Below, piece by piece: positions 35,768 through 48,320 of a DNA stretch of 64,000 bases. Origin of the DNA: Azolla caroliniana (Eukaryota; Plantae; Polypodiophyta); contig JBHGNT010000005.1 of the NCBI GenBank assembly GCA_043228905.1, positions 20,460,001-20,524,000 on the forward strand, in the 5' to 3' direction. Both the position numbers and the translations under genes were made by a program. How positions within the stretch are numbered: position 1 is the stretch's first letter; each line of letters begins with the position of its first letter. The notes below the pieces were generated by a model. The model was not told where the DNA came from. It was given only the letters and a program-made list of their open reading frames with translations, and did not search any database.

Positions 35768-36679
35768 GGCAAGAAAAGAAAATGACGCGTCCACATTGAT
35801 TTACTAATTTCATATAATAATTTCTCAAGCATCACTTTATGGTACCATGTTATACAAGACGCTCTTTCATCGTGAGGTGTGCAATCACCTCAACTAACAT
35901 GCATCACTTTCCGTTAGACTGATGTCAATTTAATTAATCATGATTGTAATGTTGACCTTAAATTTCATATACACAAGATGTTCTTTCATCGTGAGGTGTG
36001 CATTGACTGCCCTTCTTCCTCAACTCCATAAGTTACTTGTCTTACTACTTGTACTAACTAAAGTCTTGAGTCATTACAATTCCTAATTGTTAAGATTCCT
36101 TGATGATCCATGAAGCTAAAATAACTAGCCAAGATATTATGTCCTCTAGAAGATCAACCTTTTGCCAATCTAGAAGATGATGTTATTGTGTTTGGTGATA
36201 TCAATGCTTGTACGAGAAGTTTCCGACCTGATGTACAACAATCTTTCATGCCACATATCTCAAGGGTCATTTGAAATAGCTAATATGTCACATTCTCGTT
36301 TTGATAATTACGTGAGATGCCAAGAATTACCTTTTTTTAACAAACTTTTTAGAACATATCACACATGCGTCCATGATTTTTAAAGACATTGCTCAAATAT
36401 GCAGTTAATATTTTTTAAGATTAAAAATTTAATCAACATTTATTCAATCTATAATAAATTTATCCAATTCTTAGATAAGATGACGGAAATGCATGCAATT
36501 ATAATTGTAATATGCTTCATTGTACGAAATGTTAAATTTGAATCCAACATAACAAATTTTGAAATGCAATTACGTTTGTATATTTGTCTCTAAAACTTAC
36601 AAAGATCGATCTATCATGTTTGTAAATAGGGTTTAAGGATATAATTAGAAAAATATTCGTAAAAGCAAATCTCACGAGA

Positions 36680-37147
36680 TAGCAATGGGCACGGTTCAGT
36701 TTCTGTTCGATTCAGTTTCAAGGCAAAGAAATCGAACCGAATCGTTTATTTAAAACAAAAACCAAACCAAACCATTTAAAACCAAACTGTTTAGGGAGAA
36801 GTTGAAACCGAACCGAACCATTTAATAAAAAATTTAAACCTAACCTCTTAAGTCAAACTAATTAAACATCTAAATAATAAAAAATACATTAAATTAAATA
36901 AGCATTTAAGTTAAATATATTAAATCAATAAAAAACCATTAATTAAACCATTAAATCAATAAACTATTAAAGTAAAAAAAAAATTTAACCAAAAACCTAT
37001 AAACCCGAGTTTTAGGACCGAACCGAAATTGAACCATTTATTGAAAATCCAAACCAAACCAAACCATTAAATCTTTTTGGAACCAATAAACCGTTAAACT
37101 ATGGCTTAACGGTGGTTCGGTTTGAGCCGAAACCGTGGTCATTGCTA
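36680..37147. mobile_element. MITE / non-autonomous hAT-like element, 468 bp
   Basis: TIR TAGCAATGGGCACGGTT / AACCGTGGTCATTGCTA matches 15/17. Many AAACC(G)/GAACCG subterminal motifs. Flanks CGAGA/CAAGA. Confidence 0.78.
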
Positions 37148-37789
37148 CAAGATACCACACATGCAAAAAACCACTACGCAAATTATATGTCAATCATGTG
37201 AACAAACGTGAACGCATAATCATACGAGCAACCATCGTGACTTAATATCATTGTGTTTACTCAAAACTAATTTACCAAGAATTATGACAACATAAATCAT
37301 ATTAATAGGATACCAAATATACTTAAACACTAAGTTCGATTATATTAACCGAGAAACAATAATACCCAACCTTTGTCATACAATTTATAAGTTAAAAGCA
37401 TATGTTCAATGGTAATTATACTTAACCATATACTCTACAAGTCAACATTTGTAACATATTATAGACACATTGATTTAGAGACATCAATAGGATAGAGTAA
37501 AGACAAAATGTTACTGCGAGATTATATTGAAACCAAAAGTTCTTACAATTCAAAATAATGTGTCAACAAATACAAAGTAGTATACAATTCATTCCATTAA
37601 TAAATCTAGAATTGGTTGCACTCCAAGATCAGTTGATTGTTGTGTCACATCCGTTTTTTCCTCTTATGTCTGCTCAGTTAAATCTAGTATTTGTTCGAAC
37701 TGTAGTACATCATCGAAACCAACAAGGTTCCCTCCTTCGACTATAGGTTCCATCAGTTCTCAGAAGGTCAACTCGAACATCTCAGTTTC

Positions 37790-38830
37790 ATTAATATGCT
37801 TTGCGCCAATTTCTCTTGGTCTTGGTCGGGACAATCCCAGATACCTTGGATCCTTATTTTAATAAAATTGACTTGTGAAAGGTCCTTCTCTAAGGCAACA
37901 CAATTCCTGAACACGTACTATGAAACATTACTATTCGCCAAAAGGGAGCCAAGGTCATCTCTGCGAAGTCTTTCACCATCTATTCTATTTGAGGATATTT
38001 ATACGGCACATCGTCATATGTGGATCCCATTATTCGAAATCCATATGGTATATACATGACGAGCAATGTATAATGCCTCTTGGGTAATATGTCAAGCATA
38101 TTACCCACATCACCATTATATACACTATAGTACAATTGTCGAAAAGGATCACTCTTGTGCAAAAAACTCTTGACTATATCCGAGTCTTCAAGCACCTCTA
38201 GCTCCTTTCCTTTCGTCATTCGCTTTTCATATTTTGCTTGTTCCAAATGGGTGATGAATGCGCTTCATATGCCTTCATTACTACCACCCAATTTCTTCGA
38301 GCAAGGTGGTTTCTACAATTATAAGATTTGTAAGAAAATGTGCATTATCCTAAAATCAACTATAGAAGATATAAACACACATACACATTCTCTAAACACA
38401 ATAAAGAATTCTTCAAGAGCCTTGTATGATGATGTTTTTGGGCACGATTGCTCCACTTCTTCCCACGGGCCACATAGGCAAGGACAAATTTTTCAACATC
38501 AGCTCTTGTATCTTCATGTAAACCTTATGGCCAAAAAACATTACACATAAAGGTCAGAACCAAGAGCAACTTAACAAAGCAATCCAAACACAAACAATAA
38601 TAGAAAAAGACTACTCACTTTTGAAATTCCATAACCATTTCGTCGAAGCTAAATTCCTTGGCAGTCACTCGTGAAAGTATAGATATTAATAATCTATCAT
38701 CCTTTATGCCTTGCAATGACCGCCAAGGAAGCAACTTCATATCTTCGGCTAATTCTTCTATCACTAAGTCACTTTTACGTGACTTAGACTTTATCCCTAC
38801 TTGTGGGTCCAACTTAGCCTTCTTTGAATG
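37790..38830 (-). pseudogene. Intron-containing relic of a beta-class DNA N6-adenine/N4-cytosine methyltransferase-like gene
   Basis: YSVYNGDVGNMLDILPKRHYTLLVMYIPYG resembles the (L/I)xxGD...L..LP....DL(I/V)xxDPPY N-terminus. RNCVALEKDLSQVNFIKIRI resembles the GR..IG.E.D......A..R C-terminus. Apparent GT-AG introns at about 38313-38384 and 38535-38618. It has in-frame stops and an internal deletion. Confidence 0.6.
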
Positions 38831-38839
38831 TTGACCCTT

Positions 38840-39700
38840 TATCTCTTTCGACCTTTAATGGTTACCGAAATCGTGGGTCGAATATCCTTTCGATCTTCAC
38901 TCGCACAATCCCCACGTAACGCACGGTCTTCCGACTTTGGCAGATACTCGCAAGCCTCCCCCACTCCTTTCGTAATGTGGGAGATAATTGGAGAAGTTGT
39001 GGCCATGTTATCCTTGGTCCACTTGATATCAATTCATGCTTCAGATTGAGAGCTTCTACACCTTCTCCCATAGGAATATCCTCCATCTTTATCTTCCTTC
39101 TAGAGTGTCTCCTTCTCAATTTCTCCTCTTTCTCATTCTCCTTAGACTTCTTCTTTTGTCTTGATGCACTATATTCTCCTTCTACTTCTTTCTCCTTTTG
39201 CAAGGCTCTCGTCCTTTTCACAGGAGCTACTTCACAAGCATTACCACTATCATCAATAAAATTAAGAAGATTCACATCACGAGGATTCATGGGAACCTGA
39301 GTCATAGGAAGTGTTACGACTTCACCTCCTTCGACTCCATTGTTGATAGGTCGGTGCCCATTCCTTTGCACTTGATACATGCCTCTTCCCATACCTCTTT
39401 GTTGTCGATGCGGACATCTTGTTGAGATGTGTCCCACCTCTTGACAAAAATAACAAATTACGTCTTGATGCCCTCTAGATCCACCACCATTGGGAATAGT
39501 GTTATGAAATTCTTGGGATTGTCGCAAGTGGGTCATCACTTCATCAAAGCGTTGATTCACCAAGTCCATTGTACCTTGTTCACGTTTCCCTTGCTCCACT
39601 CCTTGATATACACTTCTTGGATTTACCATTGTCATAGAATACACATGTGGAAACACTTGTCCACCATACACAATTGAAGATGATGTCTAAAGATTGGCGT
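38840..39700 (-). mobile_element. Ty3/gypsy non-chromovirus (Athila/Tat-like) gag fragment
   Basis: Zinc knuckle CYFCQEVGHISTRCP, followed by ITWPQLLQLSPTLRKE. Confidence 0.7.
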
Positions 39701-42700
39701 GAGGCATCAAGTTTCCACCCAAAGCCGCCATTTGGGGGAACCCCATGGAATTAATCATCTTCACTTGCCGATCATAAACTTGACAAACTTGGATACGAGC
39801 TTGAAAAGATGTAGGATCCTTCCAATTTGCCTCCAAACGGTGTTGTGCCTTTCGGTGCCGGATCGTTGCGTGAGTCGGGTGGGAACCACTAGGGTTTTGG
39901 ACTAGGAAGAGGAAGAATTTGAGACAAGTTTAGTTATGAATATGAATAGATTATAAGAAAGTGTTGAGCGGCAAGCTCAACCGGAGCTGGATCGGCTGAA
40001 TAAGCCTGAGCCGGTAAGCGAGATGAATCGGTATGTCGGTGAGCAACCGAGCCGATAAGCAGTAAGGACCGGTGAGCTGGGGAGCCGGTATGCCGGATCC
40101 AATCCGTAACCAGAAGCCTAGTATAGGTTAGACTACTAGGCAGTTATAGTCTCGTAGTTAGTGTCAGATGCTCGTGTAAGCATTGAAGTACACCGTACCT
40201 CTATCAGTCCCGTGTGGACTTGTATAAATAGCGTTGATGAGCACGTTGTAGATACAGACAAAGAACACAGAGTATTCAAATAATTTTTGAAATATAATGT
40301 GTCTTGCTCTCTCTCTCTATCTATCTATCTCTCCCGCATACTCTCTCTCTCTCTCTCTCTTTGTGTATTGTTCTTTCTAACGCTTCCGCAAGCAATCTTT
40401 GACATGGTATCAGAGCGCGTGGGTTGAGAACCTCTGCTGTAGACATCTACGCTTGTGAAGGAAACCCTAACAGATCGGAAAACAAACACAAAAAGGAGAA
40501 ATGGACAAAGGTATGGCTACGTCGCTCCTGATAGAGAAGCTCGGCAGAACCAACTACGCATCTTGGTCATACAAGATGCAGCAGTACCTATTTGGGCATG
40601 GCTACTGGAGTTATGTCGACGGAGTGAACGACTCAGCACCGGGGACGACACACAAGGACTTCCTAGTGTGGGAACAGGCGGCAAGCAGGGTGATGTACTA
40701 CTTCACATCCAGTGTCAGTGACCAGCTGCTCAGCCATATCCGTGACGCCAAGGCACCGAAGGATGCTTGGGGAAACTTGAAAAAGGTCTTAGCCGCAAGC
40801 ACCACTGCCCAGAAGCTGCAACTCAGACAGGAGTTGAGCAATGTTCGACAGAAGAACATGTCGGTGGCAGATTACACAGACCGGATCAAAGGGATCTATG
40901 ACTCGCTTGCCTCTATTAACGTCACCGTAGAGGAAGACGAGATGGTCAGGTCTGTCTTGGAGGCCTGGCGTCCAAGTTCAGAGCTTTCCGGACTATGGTT
41001 TGTACAAGGGAGAATACGCCCTCATTTTTCGACTTACAGTCGATGCTCCTTGTAGAGGAGAACCACGCCGGTGCATCTACCAGTGCATCCCCAGACAACC
41101 GGATGCTGTACACGGGAGCGGATCGGTCCCGCGGGCGTGGTGGATGAGGCAGGTCGGCACGCAATGGAGGCAGTCGGCAAGAGCAGGAACGAAGGCACAA
41201 TAAGCGTGCTGACAACAGTTCCGAGACTTCCACAAGTAGGGAGAGTCAAGGTGGTGCCGGAGGCCGACAAGACAACTCCGCTACAAAATGCTGGTACTGT
41301 GGCAAAAAGGGCCACAGGGAAAGCGAGTGTTGGAGAAAGCATGCTGATTCGGACAAATCCGGATCCGGCAAGACCGGTAAGGAAGGTTGGCAAAGCTCGC
41401 ACTACGCAAACGGATCGGGAGGATCCAAGAACGGTAAAGGGCCAACCTTGGTGATGAAGCACAAGGCAAACTCAATGAAGAAGACCACTTCCAAATCGGA
41501 GGAAGTGTGGTACGTTGACTCCGGCGCATCGAACCACATGACGAGCCACGGGGAGTGGTTCTCCTTTTTGGAGGAACCGGATCAACCGGGAGTTGTCGAA
41601 ACTGGAGACGACACTCCCCACCCGATCGTGCACGTCGGAGAAGTCCCTTTGATCCACGTCGGACAGAGGGGGAAGCTGATGAATGTATTACATGTTCCGA
41701 CGATCACGAAGAACCTGGTGTCGGTCGGACAGATCGTCGACCAGGGGATGCAGGTGCGGTTTACGCACCTCGGGTGCTTCATTGAGGATGAGAGTGAAGT
41801 TATTGTGCAAGGGCGCAGAGATGGGAGGATGTTTATCCTCAACACCAATGATATCGGCACCGCACTGTTCGCCAAAGGACAGAAGGTCGAGTCGGATATC
41901 GACCTGTGGCACAAGCGGATCGGCCACGTCAACTACCGGAGGCTTCAAGACCTGCAAACGGAACAAGTCGTTTTCAATTTGCCGAAGTTTAGCGGCCGAA
42001 GAGCCCAGATTTGTGAAGCCTGCCAACTCGGGAAGCAACACCGGCTTCCATTCCCCACCGAAAGAAATTGAAGCTGTAACAAGCTCGATCTTATCCATTC
42101 CGATGTGTGGGGACCGGCACAAAATGTTAGCATTGGCGGGAGTCGATATTTTGTCTCCTTCATCGACGACTACACGCGGCATACATGGATCTACCTCATT
42201 GAGCGGAAGAGCAAAGTCTTTGAGTGTTTCCGGAGCCTCCAGAAGATGGTGCAACGGGAATCAGAGAGGAAGATCAAATGCCTACAGTCAGATGGCGGAA
42301 AACAGTACTTTTCCGGCCAATTCAACAGCTATCTGCAACAAAAAGGAATTCGGCGAGAATTCAGTTGCAGATACACACCGCAACAGAACGGTGTGGCCAA
42401 AAGGAAGAATCGGTCGCTGATTGACGCGGTTAGGGCAATGCTGGAGAAAAAGAGCATGCCCAATCCGGAGGCGGTCCAAACGGTCGTTTACATCCAGAAC
42501 CGGATCGGGGACAAGGTGTCAGCTCACGAGCTGTATTTCGGGCGCAAGCCGAATTTGAGACACCTCCGGATATTCGGCAGCATAGCTTATGTACATGTGC
42601 CGGATGAGAAACGGAGAAAGTTGGATGCAAAATCAGAAAAATGCATCCTAGTCGGCTATGCTCAAGAGAAAAAGGGGTATAAGTGTTATAACCCCCGAAC

Positions 42701-44838
42701 GAAGCAGGTCTGAGTCAGCCAAGATGTCGAGTTTGATGAATCGGCATTGTGGTATTCCTTACCGACACCGACTTCCGATTCCGACCCGATGTCGGAGGAT
42801 GGGGCTAGTGAGCCCGAACCGGCCCAGGTAGAGAAAGATGAAGTCGGGACTCAAGATGAGAGTCCAGAATCGTTCCGGTTAAGCGGACCAAATGTGAGAC
42901 TGGATCAGTCCAACCAGTGGGATGATGAGACGGCGAGAAGTGGAGACTCTGTCGTGCTCTCCCCGCGCAAGGAACCGAGGAGACGGTTCACACGCAAAGA
43001 AAAAGGGAAGCAGAAGATGCCGGAATTCGAGACCGGTATGATGAGTCGGATCGGTGTGTATCTGACTTCGGCAAGGACATAGGCAGATCTTCGGGAATGA
43101 AGACCGAACCGGCCAAGAAGGGTCTCATACCGAGTAACGGTGAGTTACACTGGTCCACCTGCCAGAAGGATCCCGTTAAACGGTACGGGTATAACGAGTA
43201 CATGGTGCATCATTATGCGTACATGACCAAGGTCGCGAAAGTGCGTGAGCCGGAGAGCTATGCAGAAGCGGCAAAGGACGCAAATTGGCGTGCCGCTATG
43301 GAGGAAGAAATGCGGGCACTGGATGCCAACGGAACTTGGGACCTGGTTGACCCTCCCCGTCATTGTAAACCGATCGGATGCAAGTGGGTGTACAAGATAA
43401 AGTACAATACCGACGGTACAGTTAACCGGTACAATGCCCGGTTAGTGGCGAAGGGATATGCGCAGACCAACAGAATCGACTACGACGAGACCTTCGCTCC
43501 TATAGCGAAGATGACGACGGTTCGTGTGGTACTGGCGGTTGCTCCGGCAAGGGGGTGGCATCTTCATCAGATGGATGTGAAGAATGCCTTCCTTCAAGGA
43601 GATCTTGAAGAAGAAGTCTTTATGACTCAGCCCCCCGGATTTCAGTCGGAGGTGAACAAGTCGGCGGTATGCCGGCTGAGGAAGTCGTTGTATAGCTTGA
43701 AGCAAGCCCCCCATGCGTGGAATGCTAAGATCACGCACCGGTTGCGAAAGATGGGGTTTGTTGCCTCTAAGTCAGACTCTTCCCTATTCATCCGTCAAGG
43801 CTCAAACAGTCTGGTATGTATCTTACTCTATGTTGTGATTTAGTCATCACCGGCCCAGGTCTTCCGGAAATCAACCGCGTCAAGTCCCAATTGTCGGACG
43901 CATTTGATATGAAGGACTTGGGGGGCCTTCATTATTTTTTGGGGATCGAGGTGATCCGCACCCTCGACGGTATATTGCTTTCTCAACGCCATTATGTGTT
44001 GAATATACTGTACATGTTCGGCATGATGGAATGTCGACCTGTCTCCACACCCCTAGACCGGAATCAGAAGATCTGTCCCAACACCGGTGTCGCGATATTA
44101 CGCAAGTGCGTATAGAAACGAGGCGGGACCGCGGAGGTCTTGAACCGAAGAGCAAGCGAGGGTGGAGAAAGAGAGAGGACCGGTTACGCAGGACCGGGGA
44201 TACACAGGGACACGGCCCTTCAACACAGAGAACGCGAATAGACGCCGACACAGGTAGACGCAAACAAATGAATATATATATATATATATATATGAGCAAA
44301 TATCTGATCAAGAAGCTACAACCCGCGATGGGGCACAGGATGGTTACAACCGAACAGGCCGGCGAACAGATGCCGATGCCTGTTCGCTGCGTCGCACAAA
44401 AGGGAGCAGGTCGGAGGTGCTGCCGGAAGCACTCGGGCGTTCCTCGAAACAGCGCGAGCCTCCTCGAAAACCTGCACAGGAAAAGCTATGGAGAAAAAGG
44501 GAAGGAGAACAGAGAGAGAAGCGTCCAGAATCGGTTCGACAGCACTTCGTCCTCTCCGCGCGATCCTTTGTTCCTCCCCGTCCTCCTCCTTTTATCGGTC
44601 AAGAAGGAGCCGTTCGGCATTAAATTCCCACCTACCGTATCTAACCACTTCGATCCTCCTAGGTACCTAATTCGCCTCTATGTACAACTTGGCGCGCACG
44701 TGCGTGAAGCGCCGGTTCCCACGACTTGGTGCCCCAATTCCACCCTTGGACGGTTTTCTTCACGACATCCGCCCCCACCTAACCGGCATCCACCGGCATG
44801 CGCCAAATTAAGTTGGGACGGAGAAAACCGGCCCGCCT

Positions 44839-47800
44839 TCACTCTTCGCCCATCGGTCCTTCCTCGGTCTCGGACCGGTCGTCGCTGCTGTCTAGGAGAA
44901 CCAGGTCTAGCTCGTCGTCGTGTCGCTTCTTGAAGGCTTTGATCCTCTTTCCAGCCACGGGTATCGCCATTCTCGTGCCGTCGAGTTCCGCCAGGTGATA
45001 CGTCCCGTTGTCGTTGGCGCTTTGTACCGCGTACGGCCCAAACCATCTCCGCGCGAACTTCCGTGTAGCCCGGTGCTGGTTGTCGAGGCTGCTGTCGTAG
45101 ACGAGCACCCAGTCACCTTCCTCGATCTTCTTCGGTCAGAGCCGGTGCGTCCGGTCGAACCTGGCTTTGTTCTTTGTCCTCGCCACCCGGAGCTTCTCCG
45201 CAGCCAGCTCCACGTCCTCCGGTCTCCGCTCGAGTTGTCGTATACGCGCGGCCAACAACTCCTCCCGGCTCATCTCGTCCCTCCAGTCGACCGTTGCCCA
45301 TGAGGAGATCGTCCGTTCCATCGGCATGATCGGCTTCTGGCCGAACATGAGCTCTGTCGGCATGTACCCGGTTACCGAACTGTGCGTCGTCCGGTCTGCC
45401 CACAAAGCATAAGGTAGCAGCCGCGGCCAGTTACCGACTTGGCCTCCGCATGCCCGAACCAGCGCCTTGACGATCGGCCCGTGTCCGCGCTCCACCTTTC
45501 CATTCGCCTCCGGATTGTACGCAGTGGTGAGCGAGAGCTTGACTCCCAGCCGGTCGAACAGCTCCGCGGCTTCTTCGGCGTCCAACTCCCCTCGGTCAGC
45601 CACGATCTTCCCGACGCACCCGTACCGGCATATCACGTCCTTGATTAGGAACCGACATACGGCCGCGGTCGTTTTGTTCTGAAGGGCCCGACCTTCCACC
45701 TGGTTCGTCAGATCCTCCCGTGCTAGGACCAGATACCGCATCTGTCCTACCCCCATTGGCATCGTCACCAGATCTACCATCCATTTGAAGTGGATGGTCG
45801 GAGGGTACGTAGGGTGAAGCTCGTCCCTGTGTCGGACTACGGAGTGCATCTGACAGTTTTCGCAAGTCGTCACGAACCGACGCACGTCCCGGTACAATCC
45901 CGGCCACCAGTACTTCCCCTTTAGTTTCTCGAACGTGGCCCACGTTCCACGGTGTCCAGCCCAAGGGCTGTCGTGGTAGGCCGCCGGTAGCTCCTCCTGT
46001 TCTTCCTTCATCGCCACCACCCGGAGCGGGACGCCGCTCCTCTTCTTTGGGTGTTTCCATAGATAGCCATCCCGGAGAAAGAACCGGTACGCTTTCTTCC
46101 GGATCCGGTTTGCCTCGTCTTTCGTCCATGACGCATCCGACGCCATTGTCCTCAAGAACCCGCCGATCCGCAGCCACTCCCCGTCGTACTTGCTCGCGTC
46201 GAAGTCGTTAAGCGCCGGAGTGCTCGTCCCGTCTGTTGTTACATATGCTGCCTCGAAGAAGTCCACGCCGACCTCTTCGTCCTCCGAAACCATGCCGCCC
46301 TCGTCATCGAACCTCGCCCTCGAAAGCATGTCGGCCATGGCGTTGTCTTTTCCGGAAATGTGTCGTATTTCCGGGTCCAGGGACTTGATGTACGCTATCC
46401 ACCTGAGCATCGCCAGGTCCGGTGTCGCGCATCCGGAAACCATGCCGAGAATTGGCAGGCAATCCGTCTCGATAATCACTTCTGTCCCGATCAGATAGTC
46501 TTTGTCGGCCTTTACCGCCGAAACGATACCCCAGAGTTCGCGTTTAACCTGGGCGTATCCTCGCTGCCGCTCACTGAGGACTTTCGCGCCGAATCGGATC
46601 GGAAACCGATTGCCGTCCTCGTCTTGTTGGTTGACGACCCACCCGATTCCGGTCGGACTCGTGTCAACCGTTATGTATACTGGGGTGCCCTTCTTGTAGA
46701 CGGCCTTCCGGAGCGCCGGTGCTGCCGAAAGAGCCTCCTTCAGCTTCCGGACCGACTCCGTGTGCTCGTCAAGCCATTCGAACCTTCGCCCTTTCTTCAG
46801 CAACCCGTACAGCGGCTCCGCGACGTGTGCGTAATGCGGGATCCATATGTGGTAGAACGCGCATGCTCCCAAGAATCTTCGTACTTCCGTGACCGAGCTG
46901 AAGTCGGGCTTCATTGCGGAGATGGCTTCTACCTTTGCCGGAGACGGTTTCCGGCCATATGGCCCACATAAGTGTCCGACCACCATGATTTCCGACTGCC
47001 CGAAGGCTGATTTCTCCCCCGAGAAGGTGAGCCTCGCATCCTCTAGCCTTTGCAGCACCTTCTCGCAGTCGTCGATGTGCGTCGCCACGAATCGCCGGCA
47101 TCCGTCCGGCCCGATCGTCTCGTCCTTCTCTGCTACCGGGCATCCCTTGATCGGGATGTCGTCCAGAAACGGCATGGTGATGTCCGGGATGCAGTCCCTC
47201 AGAACTTTGTTCATCGCATTCACCATGTGGGCCACCGAGTTGGTCCCTCCTTGCGGCAGCGTACACATCCGCACTAGGCCGAGGGGAGTTCGCATCGTCG
47301 TAATGTCTCTGCTCTCCACGGCTAGCTGGAACTGGTCGTACCCTGAGTATAGATCACCGACCGAGTAAATCGACCTTCCGGCGAAGGCCTCCGCGAACTC
47401 GTCTATGGTCGGTCCGATCCCTGCGTTTCGAATGGTCATCCTATTGACCGGTTGCAGGTCCTGAATGAAGCGCAATGATCCGTTTTTCTTTGGTACGGTA
47501 AACCATCGGTTTGAATACGGGGCGCTCGACGGCTCGAGAACGCCCATATCAACTTTCTGCTTGAACAGCTCCATCAATTTCGGGATGTGAGCTCTCGGAA
47601 CCGGAATTGGCTTGAGATTCCACGGTACATGCGGTACCGTGAATATCACCATCGGCTCTACGATCGTCGGGTCTACGCACCCGATTTCCTCCGGTGAGAA
47701 TGCGAAGGCTTTCCCGTGCCTTCCGAGCATTCTCCGAAACCGGTCTTCCTCCGTCGGTAGTAGGAACCCGCCCCCACCGATTTTGAGCTCCCGGAGCGTC

Positions 47801-48320
47801 TCGTTGGTGAAGGTGTGTCCTATGCAGGCCGGATCTTGTAAACTGGGGTCCGATGCAACCCCTTTGATTCGCGACTCGCTGCCCTCTGGTAAGGGTACCG
47901 CGACTGGCCTTACCTTCCGGTCCACAGTCTTGTACTTGGTGCTTACTCGGGCCGTCCGATCCGACTCGAGCCCCCGACCAAAGTCCGCGATGGCTTCGTA
48001 CATCTCTTCGAAACATACCGGTATCGTCTGGTCTTCGTTAAGGTCTTCTTCGACTACCTTCCCCAGCATTCCCAAGGTGTCGTCGAAGGAGACCGCCTCC
48101 ACGGCTCCGTTGATTTCCTCGTCAGGGCCGAGAACTCCGCACGCTCGAAGTCTCCCCTCCGTCTTTGTCTTCTCTCGGCCGGCGATGCCGACTATCGTAC
48201 ATGCTCCGCTGTCGGAGAAGCAAAATTTCCTACCTATTGTACACGGTCTTATCGTACAGATGTGGGGTTTTCCCGGAGCATCCGGACTGTCGCGGCCCCG
48301 CGCCTTGGCAGTCCTCTCTA
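44839..48320 (-). pseudogene. Gypsy-A pol (RT-RNase H-integrase) in the -1 frame, one premature TGA at 45136
   Basis: DLYSGYDQF, LPQGGTNSVA, PFLDDIPIKG, VDTSPTGIG, ETDCLP, H-x5-H...C-x2-C, WMVDLV and ANGKVER. RL*PKKIEEGD implies CGA>TGA. No chromodomain was seen. Confidence 0.92.

Noticed and set aside
37172-37183. CACTACGCAAAT as a CACTA terminus carrying the methyltransferase
   Set aside because: No partner TIR or 3-bp TSD was found. Similar ACTACGC strings occur inverted in intron 5 (about 33570 and 33640), suggesting an internal repeat motif.
44031-44933. 300-aa ORF and its twin at 50305-51186
   Set aside because: Antisense read-through of the GC-rich Gypsy-A LTRs across insertion junctions and an (AT)n tract.
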